DNA of 64,000 nucleotides from an uncultured bacterium (GTDB lineage: Bacteria; Verrucomicrobiota; Verrucomicrobiia; Limisphaerales; UBA8199): the NCBI GenBank assembly GCA_963749495.1, contig CAVVMW010000023.1, positions 96,001 through 160,000 of the forward strand, written 5' to 3'. The notes under the pieces are model-generated. The model was not told the origin of the DNA, made no database searches, and was given only the letters and a program-made list of their open reading frames with translations. Below are positions 49,916-58,863 of this stretch, piece after piece (within the stretch, counting starts at the first letter, position 1; each line of letters opens with the position of its first letter). The position numbers were made by a program, and so were the translations under genes.

Positions 49916-52032
49916 ATGAATCCGAGACTGGCCAAAGAATTCCGGGCCTTGCGCCTGCCATGGGTGGCGGGGATGGCGGCGGGCCTGGCGGCGTACTTTG
50001 AAAAGGCGCAGCCCTGGGGGGTCGGGGTGGCATTCGCCAGCGTGGCGGCGATGACGGCGATGTCGTTGGGCTCTGAGTATCAACAAGGCACTTTTGCGCT
50101 CCTGCTCAGCCAGCCCTTGGACCGGCTGCGCATCTGGCGCGAGAAGCTGCTCGTATCGAGCGTGCTGGCCGGGACGGTGGCATTGGCGCTGCTGTTGGGG
50201 CTGAAACTGGCCCCCGGCGACGCTCTCAAGGGAGCGACTGTGGCCCTGCCGGCCGCTTGCCTGGTCGCCGTGCTCTGCTCGGCCGGCTACTGGACGATGA
50301 TGGCGCGCTCGACTATCGGCGGCATGGTCTTCACGTACGCCGGCATGTTCCTGATCTTCGTCGCGGTAAACCTGGGGTTGGACCAGTTGGCCCCCCCGGG
50401 AGCCGCCCCTCCGTGCAACGTGATTTCCTGATGCAGTTCCTGTTGGCGGCCACCTTCCTGGTCTATTCGGGGGTCATGCTCTGGCTGGGGTGGCGGAAGT
50501 TCGAGAGACTGCAGTTGAGGGAAGTCATCGTGGGCGAGAGCGGGCTCTTGTCCGCTGCCGGGCCACGCCGGAGCAGGTCATGGGGCTGGTTGCGCATCCG
50601 CCCGAAAGGGGAACTAACGAACCTGGTCCGCAAGGAGGTGCGCCTGCACCGGCCCCTGTTTGTGGTGGGCGGGGTCTATGTCGTGTGCTGGCTGGCGGCG
50701 CTGGCGGTGAATTGGCTGCTGCCGCTCCGGGGCTACGAGGCACTTTACGTTGTCCTGCCCGGCACTTATGTCCCGGTCGCTGTGCTCCTGGCCGGCGCGA
50801 TCTCGCTGGGCGAGGAAAGGACGCTCGGTTTGGCGGCGTGGCACTTGACCCTGCCAGTCTCGGCCCGGCGCCAATGGCTCGTGAAATTGGCGGTGGCGGC
50901 GGCCGTGGCTATTGGCCTGGCGGTGGTCCTGCCCGGCCTCCTGGCCCTGGCGACGCTGCCGGAGGTCAGGCAGCAACTGCACACGTCCGAGCCGTTCCGG
51001 GCATGGTTCAGCCCCGGCGTTGCCTTGGGGACTATCTTCGCGCTGAGCTTTTGGGCGGCGACGATGCTGGGCAACACGATGCGCGCCGCCGTGGCGGCCA
51101 TACTCGGCAGCGGCGTGCTCGTGCTCTGCTTCGTCCTGGCTCATTGGTGCGCTGACCAGTACGGGGGTTTGGAGTTGGAGACCGGCCTGTTTTGCACTCT
51201 GACCGCCTGGCGCCATTTGCCCATGGGCTTTTTCCACGGAGTTGACCTCTGGCTGTGGTGGTCCCTCGCAACCCCTGCGGTGCTCGTGTCGCTCGTGGCC
51301 CTCGGGCAAAGCCTCGCCCAGTTCCGCCGCGCGCAGTTCGGGAGCGCCGTGGTGGCGAAATGCGCCGCGCTCCTGCTGGCTCTCCAATTGGTGGCTGCAT
51401 TCTGGTGCGCCGACCTCAAGGTGTCCGCCAACAGCGACTATGCCGCCCCGCTTCGGTTCGAGGTCGCCCAAGCCCTGTGCGCCTTGCCTTACAAACCGGA
51501 TGACATCTCCGGCCCCGGACGCGCGGATCGCGCGCTGGCGATCATGGAACGGACCCCGGCCCCGGCCGTGGCCATGGTGGACAAGGCAAGCCGTGTCCAC
51601 CTCACGGTGGCGGACCTGGAAAGGGTCTTCCCGTTGTCCGCTCGGGCCAGGCGATGGCTGAGCGAGGCGAGACTCTCCATGTCCATCATGAAGGTGATAG
51701 AAGCCCGCAAGCCTCCCCGAACCGACTTTTACAGCCGATACGGGCTCGCGCGCCCAATGCCGGGGAAAGAGGCGCCCAGGCAGAACCCGGGCCCTACGCA
51801 GGGGGTGGAGCCGCCCAAGCAAGCACCGGACCAGGCGCCCCGAACCGACCTTTACGGCTTGGTCCGCATCCAGTTCCCCAATTACAGCCTGCAATTCTCT
51901 TTTGGCGTGTGGCAAGACGGGCACTGGGAAGCGATCACGCCCATGCAGTGGGTTTGGGAGGACTCCCCGTCCCCGCGCGAACAAGCAATCAGGGACAGAT
52001 ACGACCGATTTCGGAAGGGACGGCCATACTGA
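49916..52032 (+). CDS. ABC-2-type permease with two repeated membrane modules; frameshift near 50410
   Basis: RL.KE.R...G.E...GT...LL.QP...KL occurs twice, across ORFs 49916..50431 and 50257..52032. Confidence 0.78.
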
Positions 52033-52085
52033 CCCGGCATAAAGGACATAAGGGCGGCTCCCAAAATTAAGAGGCGGTTGCGGAA

Positions 52086-52166
52086 TTAACCGCAAAGAAC
52101 GCAAAGAACGCAAAGAAACGCCTTCATTCCAGGCTCTTTGTGTTCTCTGCGATCTTTGCGGTTAAT
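52086..52166. repeat. Inverted 9-mer array (CGCAAAGAA)n ... (TTCTTTGCG-like)n
   Basis: ttaaccgcaaagaacgcaaagaacgcaaag ... ctttgtgttctctgcgatctttgcggttaa. Confidence 0.8.
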
Positions 52167-52240
52167 TTCGTCACTGCCTCTAAGATGTTTGGTGCAGCAG
52201 GGCGGTGGGTGTGGCGCCTTTTTCCACGAGCGCAGCGGCT

Positions 52241-52328
52241 CCGGACCTTTGTCGGAACCTTTGTCGAGACCTTTGTCGGGTTGGCCATGCCTCGACAAAG
52301 GTTTGCGATGAAGGTTGCGACAAAGGTT
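52241..52328. repeat. Inverted 12-mer array element
   Basis: Same spacer (ggttggccatgcctc) as the 22815 and 39465 copies. Confidence 0.88.
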
Positions 52329-52422
52329 GGGGATCGGGCCGCGGCCTATTGCCGATTGACAGGAAAATCGTATTCTTGCTGCGGTGTCCGAACTGGGAAC
52401 ACAACGTGGCCCGCTTCAGCCA

Positions 52423-53301
52423 ATGGAACCCGAGCCTGGAACCGCCAGAATCGCCGCGCACTCCCGGCGGGAGGCGATGGATTGGGGGTTGGTGCTGGTG
52501 AGCCAGGGCATCGAGGCGACGATCCAGGAGGCGGAGGATGGCACATCGTGGGGCCTGGTGGTGGCGGCGGAGGATTACGAGAGGGCGCTCAGCGCCATCG
52601 GGCAGTATCGGCTGGAGAACCGGGGCTGGCCCTGGCAACAACCGGTGTTGCAGCAGGGTTACCTGTTCGATTGGGGCAGCCTGGCTTGGGTGCTGCTGGT
52701 GGCGCTGTTTTTCTGGCTCGAGGAGCGCGAGGGCCTGCGCTGGGTGGGGATGCTGGACAGCGCGCAGTTGGCGCGCGGGCAATGGTGGCGGCTGTTCACA
52801 GCGGTCTGGCTTCACGGGGACGCGGGGCACCTGGCTGCCAATTCCACGCTGGGATTTGTGTTGCTGGGCCTGGCGATGGGACGCTACGGCACGGGGGTGG
52901 GACTGCTGGCGGCTTACCTGGCGGGGGTGGGCGGCAATCTCGCCGCCTGGCTGGGGGCGCTGGCTCCGCACCGCAGCCTCGGCGCCTCCGGCATGGTCCT
53001 GGGCTGCCTCGGGCTGCTGGCGGCGCAGTCGTTTGCCATGCGCGCGCGCAACCCTGCGGCGACCAAGCTGACTGTGAGCGGTCTCCTGGCCGGGTTGATG
53101 CTCTTTGTGCTCCTGGGCCTGACACCGGGCACGGATGTCGTCGCGCACTTTGGCGGCTTTCTGACCGGGGTGCTGCTCGGCGCGGTCTTGACGCAGGTCC
53201 CGAGCGTCGCGCGACGGGCTGGAGTGAACCTTCTTTGCGGACTGGCATTCGGGGCGCTGGTGGTAGTGCCGTGGTGGCTGGCGTTCGGGAGGGAAGGCTA
53301 A
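52423..53301 (+). CDS. Rhomboid intramembrane serine protease
   Basis: GQWWRLFTA.WLH...HL..N, GASG, AHFGG. Confidence 0.92.
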   Translation: MEPEPGTARIAAHSRREAMDWGLVLVSQGIEATIQEAEDGTSWGLVVAAEDYERALSAIGQYRLENRGWPWQQPVLQQGYLFDWGSLAWVLLVALFFWLEEREGLRWVGMLDSAQLARGQWWRLFTAVWLHGDAGHLAANSTLGFVLLGLAMGRYGTGVGLLAAYLAGVGGNLAAWLGALAPHRSLGASGMVLGCLGLLAAQSFAMRARNPAATKLTVSGLLAGLMLFVLLGLTPGTDVVAHFGGFLTGVLLGAVLTQVPSVARRAGVNLLCGLAFGALVVVPWWLAFGREG

Positions 53302-53505
53302 AGGCTGAAGGCTAAAGTGCAAGTCCACAGTCCACAGTCCACAGTCCACAGTCCAGAGACCATCCAGCGAAGCGTAATCCGGAGCGCAGACTCCTCGCGT
53401 CATTGGTCATTCGTCCCTCGAGGCTCGCCCCTGAGCCTTCGGCGCCCCGACTGTGGACTGTGGACTGTGGACTGTGGACTGTTTCTTAGCCTTTAGCCTT
53501 TAGCC
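53295..53505. repeat. ~200-bp nested heptamer element, inverted relative to 14310-14517
   Basis: AAAGGCT/AGTCCAC arrays and the shared core. Confidence 0.9.
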
Positions 53506-53545
53506 GCCGGTTGCCACGGGTTCGCCCTTCTAGTAGTTTAGCGCC

Positions 53546-54202
53546 ATGGTTGCCTCGCTGCTCAGCGCCGAATCGCCACCGCCGGAGTTGGCCCGACTCC
53601 TGCGCCCCGAGCCGTTGCCCGACGGGACCGAACCCGAAGAGCGGATCATTCTTTGCGGCCTCTCCTGGCAGCGTTACCTGGATCTCGACAAGGCCTTGGG
53701 CGACGACCGCCCCGGCCCACGCTTTTACTACCTGGACGGCGAACTGGAGATTATGACAACTTCCAAGGAACACGAGCGGATCAAGACATGGTTGGGCGAT
53801 CTGCTCGCCATTTATTTCGATGAAATGGACGTCGAGATTATGCCGCACGGCCAAGCCACGATGCGGCTGGCCCTTGAGCAGGCGGGGGCCGAGCCCGACC
53901 TTTCGTGGTGCTTTGGCGAAGAGAAGGAGTTTCCGGATCTGGCCCTGGAAATCGCTCTGACCAGCGGCGGGGTCAACAAACTCGAACTGTATCGCCGGTT
54001 CCAGGTGGCGGAAGTCTGGTTTTGGCGCGCAGGCGGGCTGAGTGTTTTTGCGTTGCGGCAAGACAGCTCCGGGTACGAGCAGGTTGGCCGGAGCCGCCTG
54101 CTTCCGGGGCTCGACCTGGCTTTGCTGGCTCGCTGCGTGAGAATTGCCTCCTGGCAGCAGGCCCGGCGCGAGTTCCGCGCCGGGCTGGCATCCGCGAAAT
54201 GA
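53546..54202 (+). CDS. Uma2-family PD-(D/E)xK endonuclease-like protein
   Basis: SW..Y, Y..GELEIM, HE, EPD, PDLALEI, KL.LY....V.EVWF; TTGCCA-N17-TAGTTT-N6-ATG promoter. Confidence 0.9.
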   Translation: MVASLLSAESPPPELARLLRPEPLPDGTEPEERIILCGLSWQRYLDLDKALGDDRPGPRFYYLDGELEIMTTSKEHERIKTWLGDLLAIYFDEMDVEIMPHGQATMRLALEQAGAEPDLSWCFGEEKEFPDLALEIALTSGGVNKLELYRRFQVAEVWFWRAGGLSVFALRQDSSGYEQVGRSRLLPGLDLALLARCVRIASWQQARREFRAGLASAK

Positions 54203-54205
54203 GTG

Positions 54206-54460
54206 TTAATCGGTTTGGGCATGAGCGAGCTCTTTGCGGTTCAGGTTGATGCCCTCGATGACCGGCAGTGTGTGGCCAAGCTGCAGGCCGAGCAGCAACC
54301 ATTCCTCCAGTGTGCTCTGCAATTCGTCACGGCACTCCTCCAGGTTCGCTCCCTCCGCCCACAAGCCCTGGCACTGCGGAACGCGCCCGAAAAACCGGCC
54401 ATTCTCCATGAGCTCGTACCTCGCCTGCCGCATGGCCTGTTGGATATACTGTGTCAGCAT
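54206..54460 (-). CDS. hicB: HicB-family antitoxin without an intact HicA
   Basis: MLTQYI..AM..A.YE...FFG.VP..QGLWA.G..LEECR.EL...LE.W. Confidence 0.85.
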   Translation of the reverse strand: MLTQYIQQAMRQARYELMENGRFFGRVPQCQGLWAEGANLEECRDELQSTLEEWLLLGLQLGHTLPVIEGINLNRKELAHAQTD

Positions 54461-54712
54461 ACACTCATCGCACCGGGTCCAAATATAGGCTGCCGCGGGG
54501 GCCTAAGCCAGAGCAAAAGGAGGGGTCGGACGGCACAAGGCGCAGAAGGACACTGCCTCAGGGAAGGCCCGCATCGCAGCCCAGGTTTGGAAACCTGCAC
54601 TGCATCGCAGGCACTCGGACGGGCTCCCGGGAGCGGTATCGGGAAGCGGCCGAGCCAGGGTCTCGCTTTGATCCGGCTTGAACGCCTGGGGAATGCTGTA
54701 TAGTGTGTGTGC

Positions 54713-54958
54713 ATGGCGACCACAACGATTGCGCTGACACAGGAAGCTTACAAGCGGCTGAAAAGACAGAAGTTGCCGGGAGAGAGATTTTCCGACGTCG
54801 TGTTGCGCGAGGTCCCGGTGGTTTGCGAGACGGCCGGCGAGTTGGTCGAGTATGCGAAGTCTCACCCCGTCCCGAAGGCCAATGAAGAGCGGCGTGCAAT
54901 CATGCTGGCTGGTCGAGGCCGGCGCTCACGCTGGAAACTTCGTCGGCAGCAAAGATGA
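54713..54958 (+). CDS. VapB-type (DUF217-like) antitoxin without an intact toxin
   Basis: MATTTIALTQEAY.RL...K..GE.FSDVV.R. Confidence 0.8.
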   Translation: MATTTIALTQEAYKRLKRQKLPGERFSDVVLREVPVVCETAGELVEYAKSHPVPKANEERRAIMLAGRGRRSRWKLRRQQR

Positions 54959-54976
54959 TCGCAGACAAAGCCCGCC

Positions 54977-56257
54977 ATGAGCGACTCATTCCCTCGGTTC
55001 TTTCGGCTGGGCCAGGTCTTCGAGGCGGCGGCAGTGTCCGACCCGGCTGGCGCCACGCGCCAGGCGCTGGAGGGATTGCCGGCGGGGGCGTTGGTCCGGC
55101 GCGGCATGAGGGTGGCAGTGGGGGCGGGCAGCCGCGGCATAGCCCATTACGATGTCATCGTGCGGACGGTTTGCGAGGAATTGAGGCGCCTCGGGGCGGA
55201 CGTGTTGATCGTTCCGGCGATGGGCAGCCACGGGGGAGCGACCGACGCAGGACAACTGGAAGTGCTGGCGCGCTACGGCATCACCGCGGGCACCATGGGC
55301 GCGCCGGTCCAGAGCAGCATGGAGGTGGTGGAACTGGGCAGCGCGGCCGGGTTCACGGTCTGCCAGGACCGCCACGCAGCCGGGGCCGACGCTATCGTCC
55401 TGGTCAATCGCATCAAACCGCACACCGACTTCCACGGGCCGATCGAGAGCGGGCTAATGAAGATGGCCCTGGTAGGGCTGGGCAAGCAGCGGGGCGCCCA
55501 CGAGTTTCATCGGGCCACGGTCCGGATGGGTCATGCCCAGGCGCTGTTGAGCGGCGCGCGGGAGGCGCTGGCGCGCAGCCGGATTGCCTTCGGGGTGGGC
55601 ATTCTGGAGAACCCGCTCCACCAGACCGCGCGCATCGTGGCGGTGCCGGCAGCGGCCATCGAGGCGCAGGAGATGAAACTGCTCGAGGAGGCGCGCCGCC
55701 TGATGCCACGGTTGCCCTTCGAGGAAGTGGACCTGCTCATCGTGGACGAGCTGGGCAAGAACCTCAGCGGCTCCGGCCTGGACACCAACGTCATCCGGCG
55801 CCAGACGGCGGGCAGCTTCGTCGGGCCCGGACCCAGTCCCGTGCTCCGCATCTACGTGCGCGCCCTCCACCCGGACAGCCACGGCAACGCCACCGGCATC
55901 GGCCTGGCCGACTTCGTCCACGACCGCCTGCTGAGCGCGATGGATTGCCAGGCCACGTGGATGAACGCCCTGACCGCGCTCATGCCGGCCAACGCCCGCG
56001 TCCCGATGCACTTCCCCACCGATCGCCAGGCCCTCATGACCGCCTTGCAAACGATCGCCCGCGCCGAACCCCGCCTGGCCAAAGTCCTCTGGATTCAGAA
56101 TACCCTCCGCTGCGGAACCCTGCTCGCCTCGGAGGCCTACCTCGACGAGGCCCGCCGCAGGCCCGATCTCAAGCCGCAGGGGCAACCGGCGCCGCTCGAC
56201 TTCGACGAGAGGGGGGATCTCAGGCCGGTGTTTGGCGCCGATTGCCCGGGCCATTGA
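54977..56257 (+). CDS. LarA-like (lactate racemase N-domain) protein
   Basis: GSRGI, PAMGSHGGAT, NRIKPHTDF, SGL.KM...GLGK..GA, GKN.SG.G.D.NV. Confidence 0.78.
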   Translation: MSDSFPRFFRLGQVFEAAAVSDPAGATRQALEGLPAGALVRRGMRVAVGAGSRGIAHYDVIVRTVCEELRRLGADVLIVPAMGSHGGATDAGQLEVLARYGITAGTMGAPVQSSMEVVELGSAAGFTVCQDRHAAGADAIVLVNRIKPHTDFHGPIESGLMKMALVGLGKQRGAHEFHRATVRMGHAQALLSGAREALARSRIAFGVGILENPLHQTARIVAVPAAAIEAQEMKLLEEARRLMPRLPFEEVDLLIVDELGKNLSGSGLDTNVIRRQTAGSFVGPGPSPVLRIYVRALHPDSHGNATGIGLADFVHDRLLSAMDCQATWMNALTALMPANARVPMHFPTDRQALMTALQTIARAEPRLAKVLWIQNTLRCGTLLASEAYLDEARRRPDLKPQGQPAPLDFDERGDLRPVFGADCPGH

Positions 56258-56294
56258 TCCCGTCCTGGCTGCAGCCTGCCCGGAGGACTCCCGG

Positions 56295-56357
56295 TCCGGA
56301 CCTTTGTCGAGACCTGGCCGGTTCGACAAAGGTTGCGACAAAGGTTGCGACAAAGGC
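56295..56357. repeat. Inverted 12-mer array element (short copy)
   Basis: One cctttgtcg unit and three cgacaaagg units. Confidence 0.8.
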
Positions 56358-56423
56358 GTCGAAAACGTTTTCCTCGCAACCATTCCATGGACGGCCCGGT
56401 CTGGATTTGCTATTCCTGGGGGT

Positions 56424-57848
56424 GTGAACACGCGAGCATTGAAGACCCTCTTTCAGACCCTCCTCTTGCTGGCCTTTCTGGCCGGCGGCCAGACCCGGCT
56501 CCACTCAGGGGAAATCGTCACCGTCCGCCCCCAGGAGATCGACGACGTGCTGGTCAATCCTGGGGTCGGTTTCACCACCTTCCAGCGGTTCAACGGGGAC
56601 AAATTGAACGAGGGGCTCAAGTGGACCGAGGGTTTCCCGATAGACTATCAGCCCTTCTCCGGGAGCCTGGCCAACCAGGACCACCCGGCGACCAGCATCG
56701 CCTACTTCCGCGTGTATTGGAAATTCGTCGAGCCCGAGGCGGGGGTTTACCGGTGGGAGCTGCTCGACAAGGCGCTGGGGGTGGCGCGGGAGCGGGGGCA
56801 GTCGCTGATGCTGAGGATAGCCCCCTACGGGACCGGCCCCGAGAACGACGTGCCGGCGTGGTACAGGGCGCTGGTGGCCGGGCAGGACATCGAGAAGAAA
56901 CTGCCGGTCGAGAAATGGCGGGTCCACCCGGAGAACCCGCTTTACCTCAAGCACTTTGGGGGCCTGGTTCGCGCGCTGGGCGCGCGCTATGACGGGCACG
57001 AGGACCTGGAGCTGGTGGATGTCTCGATCGTGGGCGCCTGGGGCGAAGGCGCCGGCTCGGAAGAGTTGACCGATGCCACGCGGCAGGCCCTGCTGGATTG
57101 CTACCTGGACAGCTTCCGGACCACGCCGCTGGTGCTCCAACTCCAGGACCCCAAGTCCACTCACTACGCCCTGGCCAAACGGCCGGTGGGCTGGCGCGTG
57201 GATTGCCTGGGCGACTTGGGCGGCTTCAGCAAGACCTGGTGCCACATGAACGATTACTATCCGCAGATGCTCATCCAAACGGGCATGCAGGAGGCCTGGC
57301 GCCGCGCCCCGGTGACGATGGAGGCCTGCTGGGTCATGCAGTTCTGGAAGGACCACGCCTGGGACGTCAACCACATCATCGATGAATCGCTCAAGTGGCA
57401 CATCTCCTCGTTCAACGGAAAATCCTCGGCGGTCCCCGCCGAATGGCGGCCCCAAGTGGACCGATGGCTCAAGAAGATGGGTTACCGGTTTGTCCTGCAC
57501 AAGCTCACTTACCCTGCCGGCGTGCGTCCGGGCGGCAGCCTGGCTTTGACCTCGTGGTGGGAGAACAAGGGCGTGGCGCCGTGCTACAAGCACTACACGC
57601 TGGCGCTCCGGCTCAAGAACAGCCGCCGCTCCGAGACGCTCGTCACGGGCGCGGACATCACCACCTGGCTGCCCGGCGACAACCTCTTCGACGGCGCGGT
57701 AACCGTCCCGGCAAACCTGCCTGCGGGGCAATACGATTTGGCCCTGGCCCTGCTGGACCCGCATTCGCAGCAGCCCAAGATCCGCCTGGCCATCGCCGGC
57801 CGGGACGAGGAGGGCTGGTATGGGCTGGGGAAGCTCGCGGTCGAATAG
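56424..57848 (+). CDS. Secreted DUF4832-containing, beta-galactosidase-like glycoside hydrolase
   Basis: Signal peptide, NPG.G, Y.R..W...EP..G.Y.W, RYDG, G.WGE, MGYRF, N.GVAP.Y. Confidence 0.78.
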   Translation: MNTRALKTLFQTLLLLAFLAGGQTRLHSGEIVTVRPQEIDDVLVNPGVGFTTFQRFNGDKLNEGLKWTEGFPIDYQPFSGSLANQDHPATSIAYFRVYWKFVEPEAGVYRWELLDKALGVARERGQSLMLRIAPYGTGPENDVPAWYRALVAGQDIEKKLPVEKWRVHPENPLYLKHFGGLVRALGARYDGHEDLELVDVSIVGAWGEGAGSEELTDATRQALLDCYLDSFRTTPLVLQLQDPKSTHYALAKRPVGWRVDCLGDLGGFSKTWCHMNDYYPQMLIQTGMQEAWRRAPVTMEACWVMQFWKDHAWDVNHIIDESLKWHISSFNGKSSAVPAEWRPQVDRWLKKMGYRFVLHKLTYPAGVRPGGSLALTSWWENKGVAPCYKHYTLALRLKNSRRSETLVTGADITTWLPGDNLFDGAVTVPANLPAGQYDLALALLDPHSQQPKIRLAIAGRDEEGWYGLGKLAVE

Positions 57849-57849
57849 A

Positions 57850-58029
57850 AAAGGCTAAAGGCTAAAGGCTAAAGGCTAAAGGCTAAAGGCTAAAGGCTGA
57901 AGTGAAGACAAAAACAAAGAACCCCTTCGTGGCGCCGCCAACCTGCCGTCCTTTGGCCTTTAGCCTTCAGCCTTCAGCCTTTCCCCTTGCCTCCGGCCTT
58001 TAGCCTTCAGCCTTTAGCCTTCAGCCTTT
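57850..58029. repeat. Inverted heptamer arrays (AAAGGCT)7 ... (AGCCTTT/C)n between convergent genes
   Basis: Read directly; the right array overlaps the thyA stop; short array also at 30904-30945. Confidence 0.9.
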
Positions 58030-58863
58030 GCCCATATCGGCGGCCTTCTGCAGGATCATCGGCTTGGCTTCTTCCATCATGTCGCGCATGTCGGCGTAGC
58101 GCAGGGTGCGCTGCTCGAAGGAGCGTTTTTGCAGGGCGCCGAGGAAGCGGCCCTCGAATTCTTTGAAATAGCTGCCGTAGATGTGGTAGCTGTCGGCGAT
58201 ATGGAGGTAGCGGCCAACGGTGACAGGCCGGGCGGTGAGTTGGGCGATGCGGGCGGCGATGCGCTGCTGGAGTTGCACCAGGGCGAAGATGTTCATGAAG
58301 GCGGCCTTGTAGGCGTCGTTGGAGCGGAACCGGACGTTCATGCTGAGCACCGGCTCGCCCTCCTGTTCGAGCATCCGGCACCAGATGCTCTGCATGCAGG
58401 CCGGGTCGTAGCACTCGTTGTCTTCCCAGACCTTCCAGGTGATCGCCTGGGCGCGCCGCGTGTGGGGCGTCTTGGCCAGCTTGCGGCAGATGTTCTCGAT
58501 CTGGTCGAACGGCTTGAGCGAGGGCGCCTGGTACTTGAAGAGTCGCTGGTGATAGGTGTATTCCCAGCGCGTGTCTTGGGGGTCGTCCGGGTTGCGGACC
58601 AGGTGGTCCTTGATGCCGTCGCAGACCTCCATGACGTACTCCTGCAGGTCGAGCGGGCCGCCGGGAAAGTCCTTGTGGATCATCGGCTCCTGCAACGGAT
58701 CGCTGATCGTGATGAACATCGTCGCGTCCCTGCTCGGCGGGTCTTCCGGTTTGTCGTACTCGGTCCTGAGCCGGCAGCCCTTGGCGTGCAACTCGATGAG
58801 CGACAACTCCCAGGCCCGGGCGATGCAGTCCGCCTCTACACTAAGAACAGGTATGCCTTTCAT
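58021..58863 (-). CDS. thyA: Thymidylate synthase, archaeal-type ThyA
   Basis: YTYHQRL, DQI, TRRAQA.TW, PAC (catalytic Cys), FRSND...A...N, S.HIY; ATGA overlap with the upstream stop. Confidence 0.82.
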   Translation of the reverse strand: MKGIPVLSVEADCIARAWELSLIELHAKGCRLRTEYDKPEDPPSRDATMFITISDPLQEPMIHKDFPGGPLDLQEYVMEVCDGIKDHLVRNPDDPQDTRWEYTYHQRLFKYQAPSLKPFDQIENICRKLAKTPHTRRAQAITWKVWEDNECYDPACMQSIWCRMLEQEGEPVLSMNVRFRSNDAYKAAFMNIFALVQLQQRIAARIAQLTARPVTVGRYLHIADSYHIYGSYFKEFEGRFLGALQKRSFEQRTLRYADMRDMMEEAKPMILQKAADMGKG

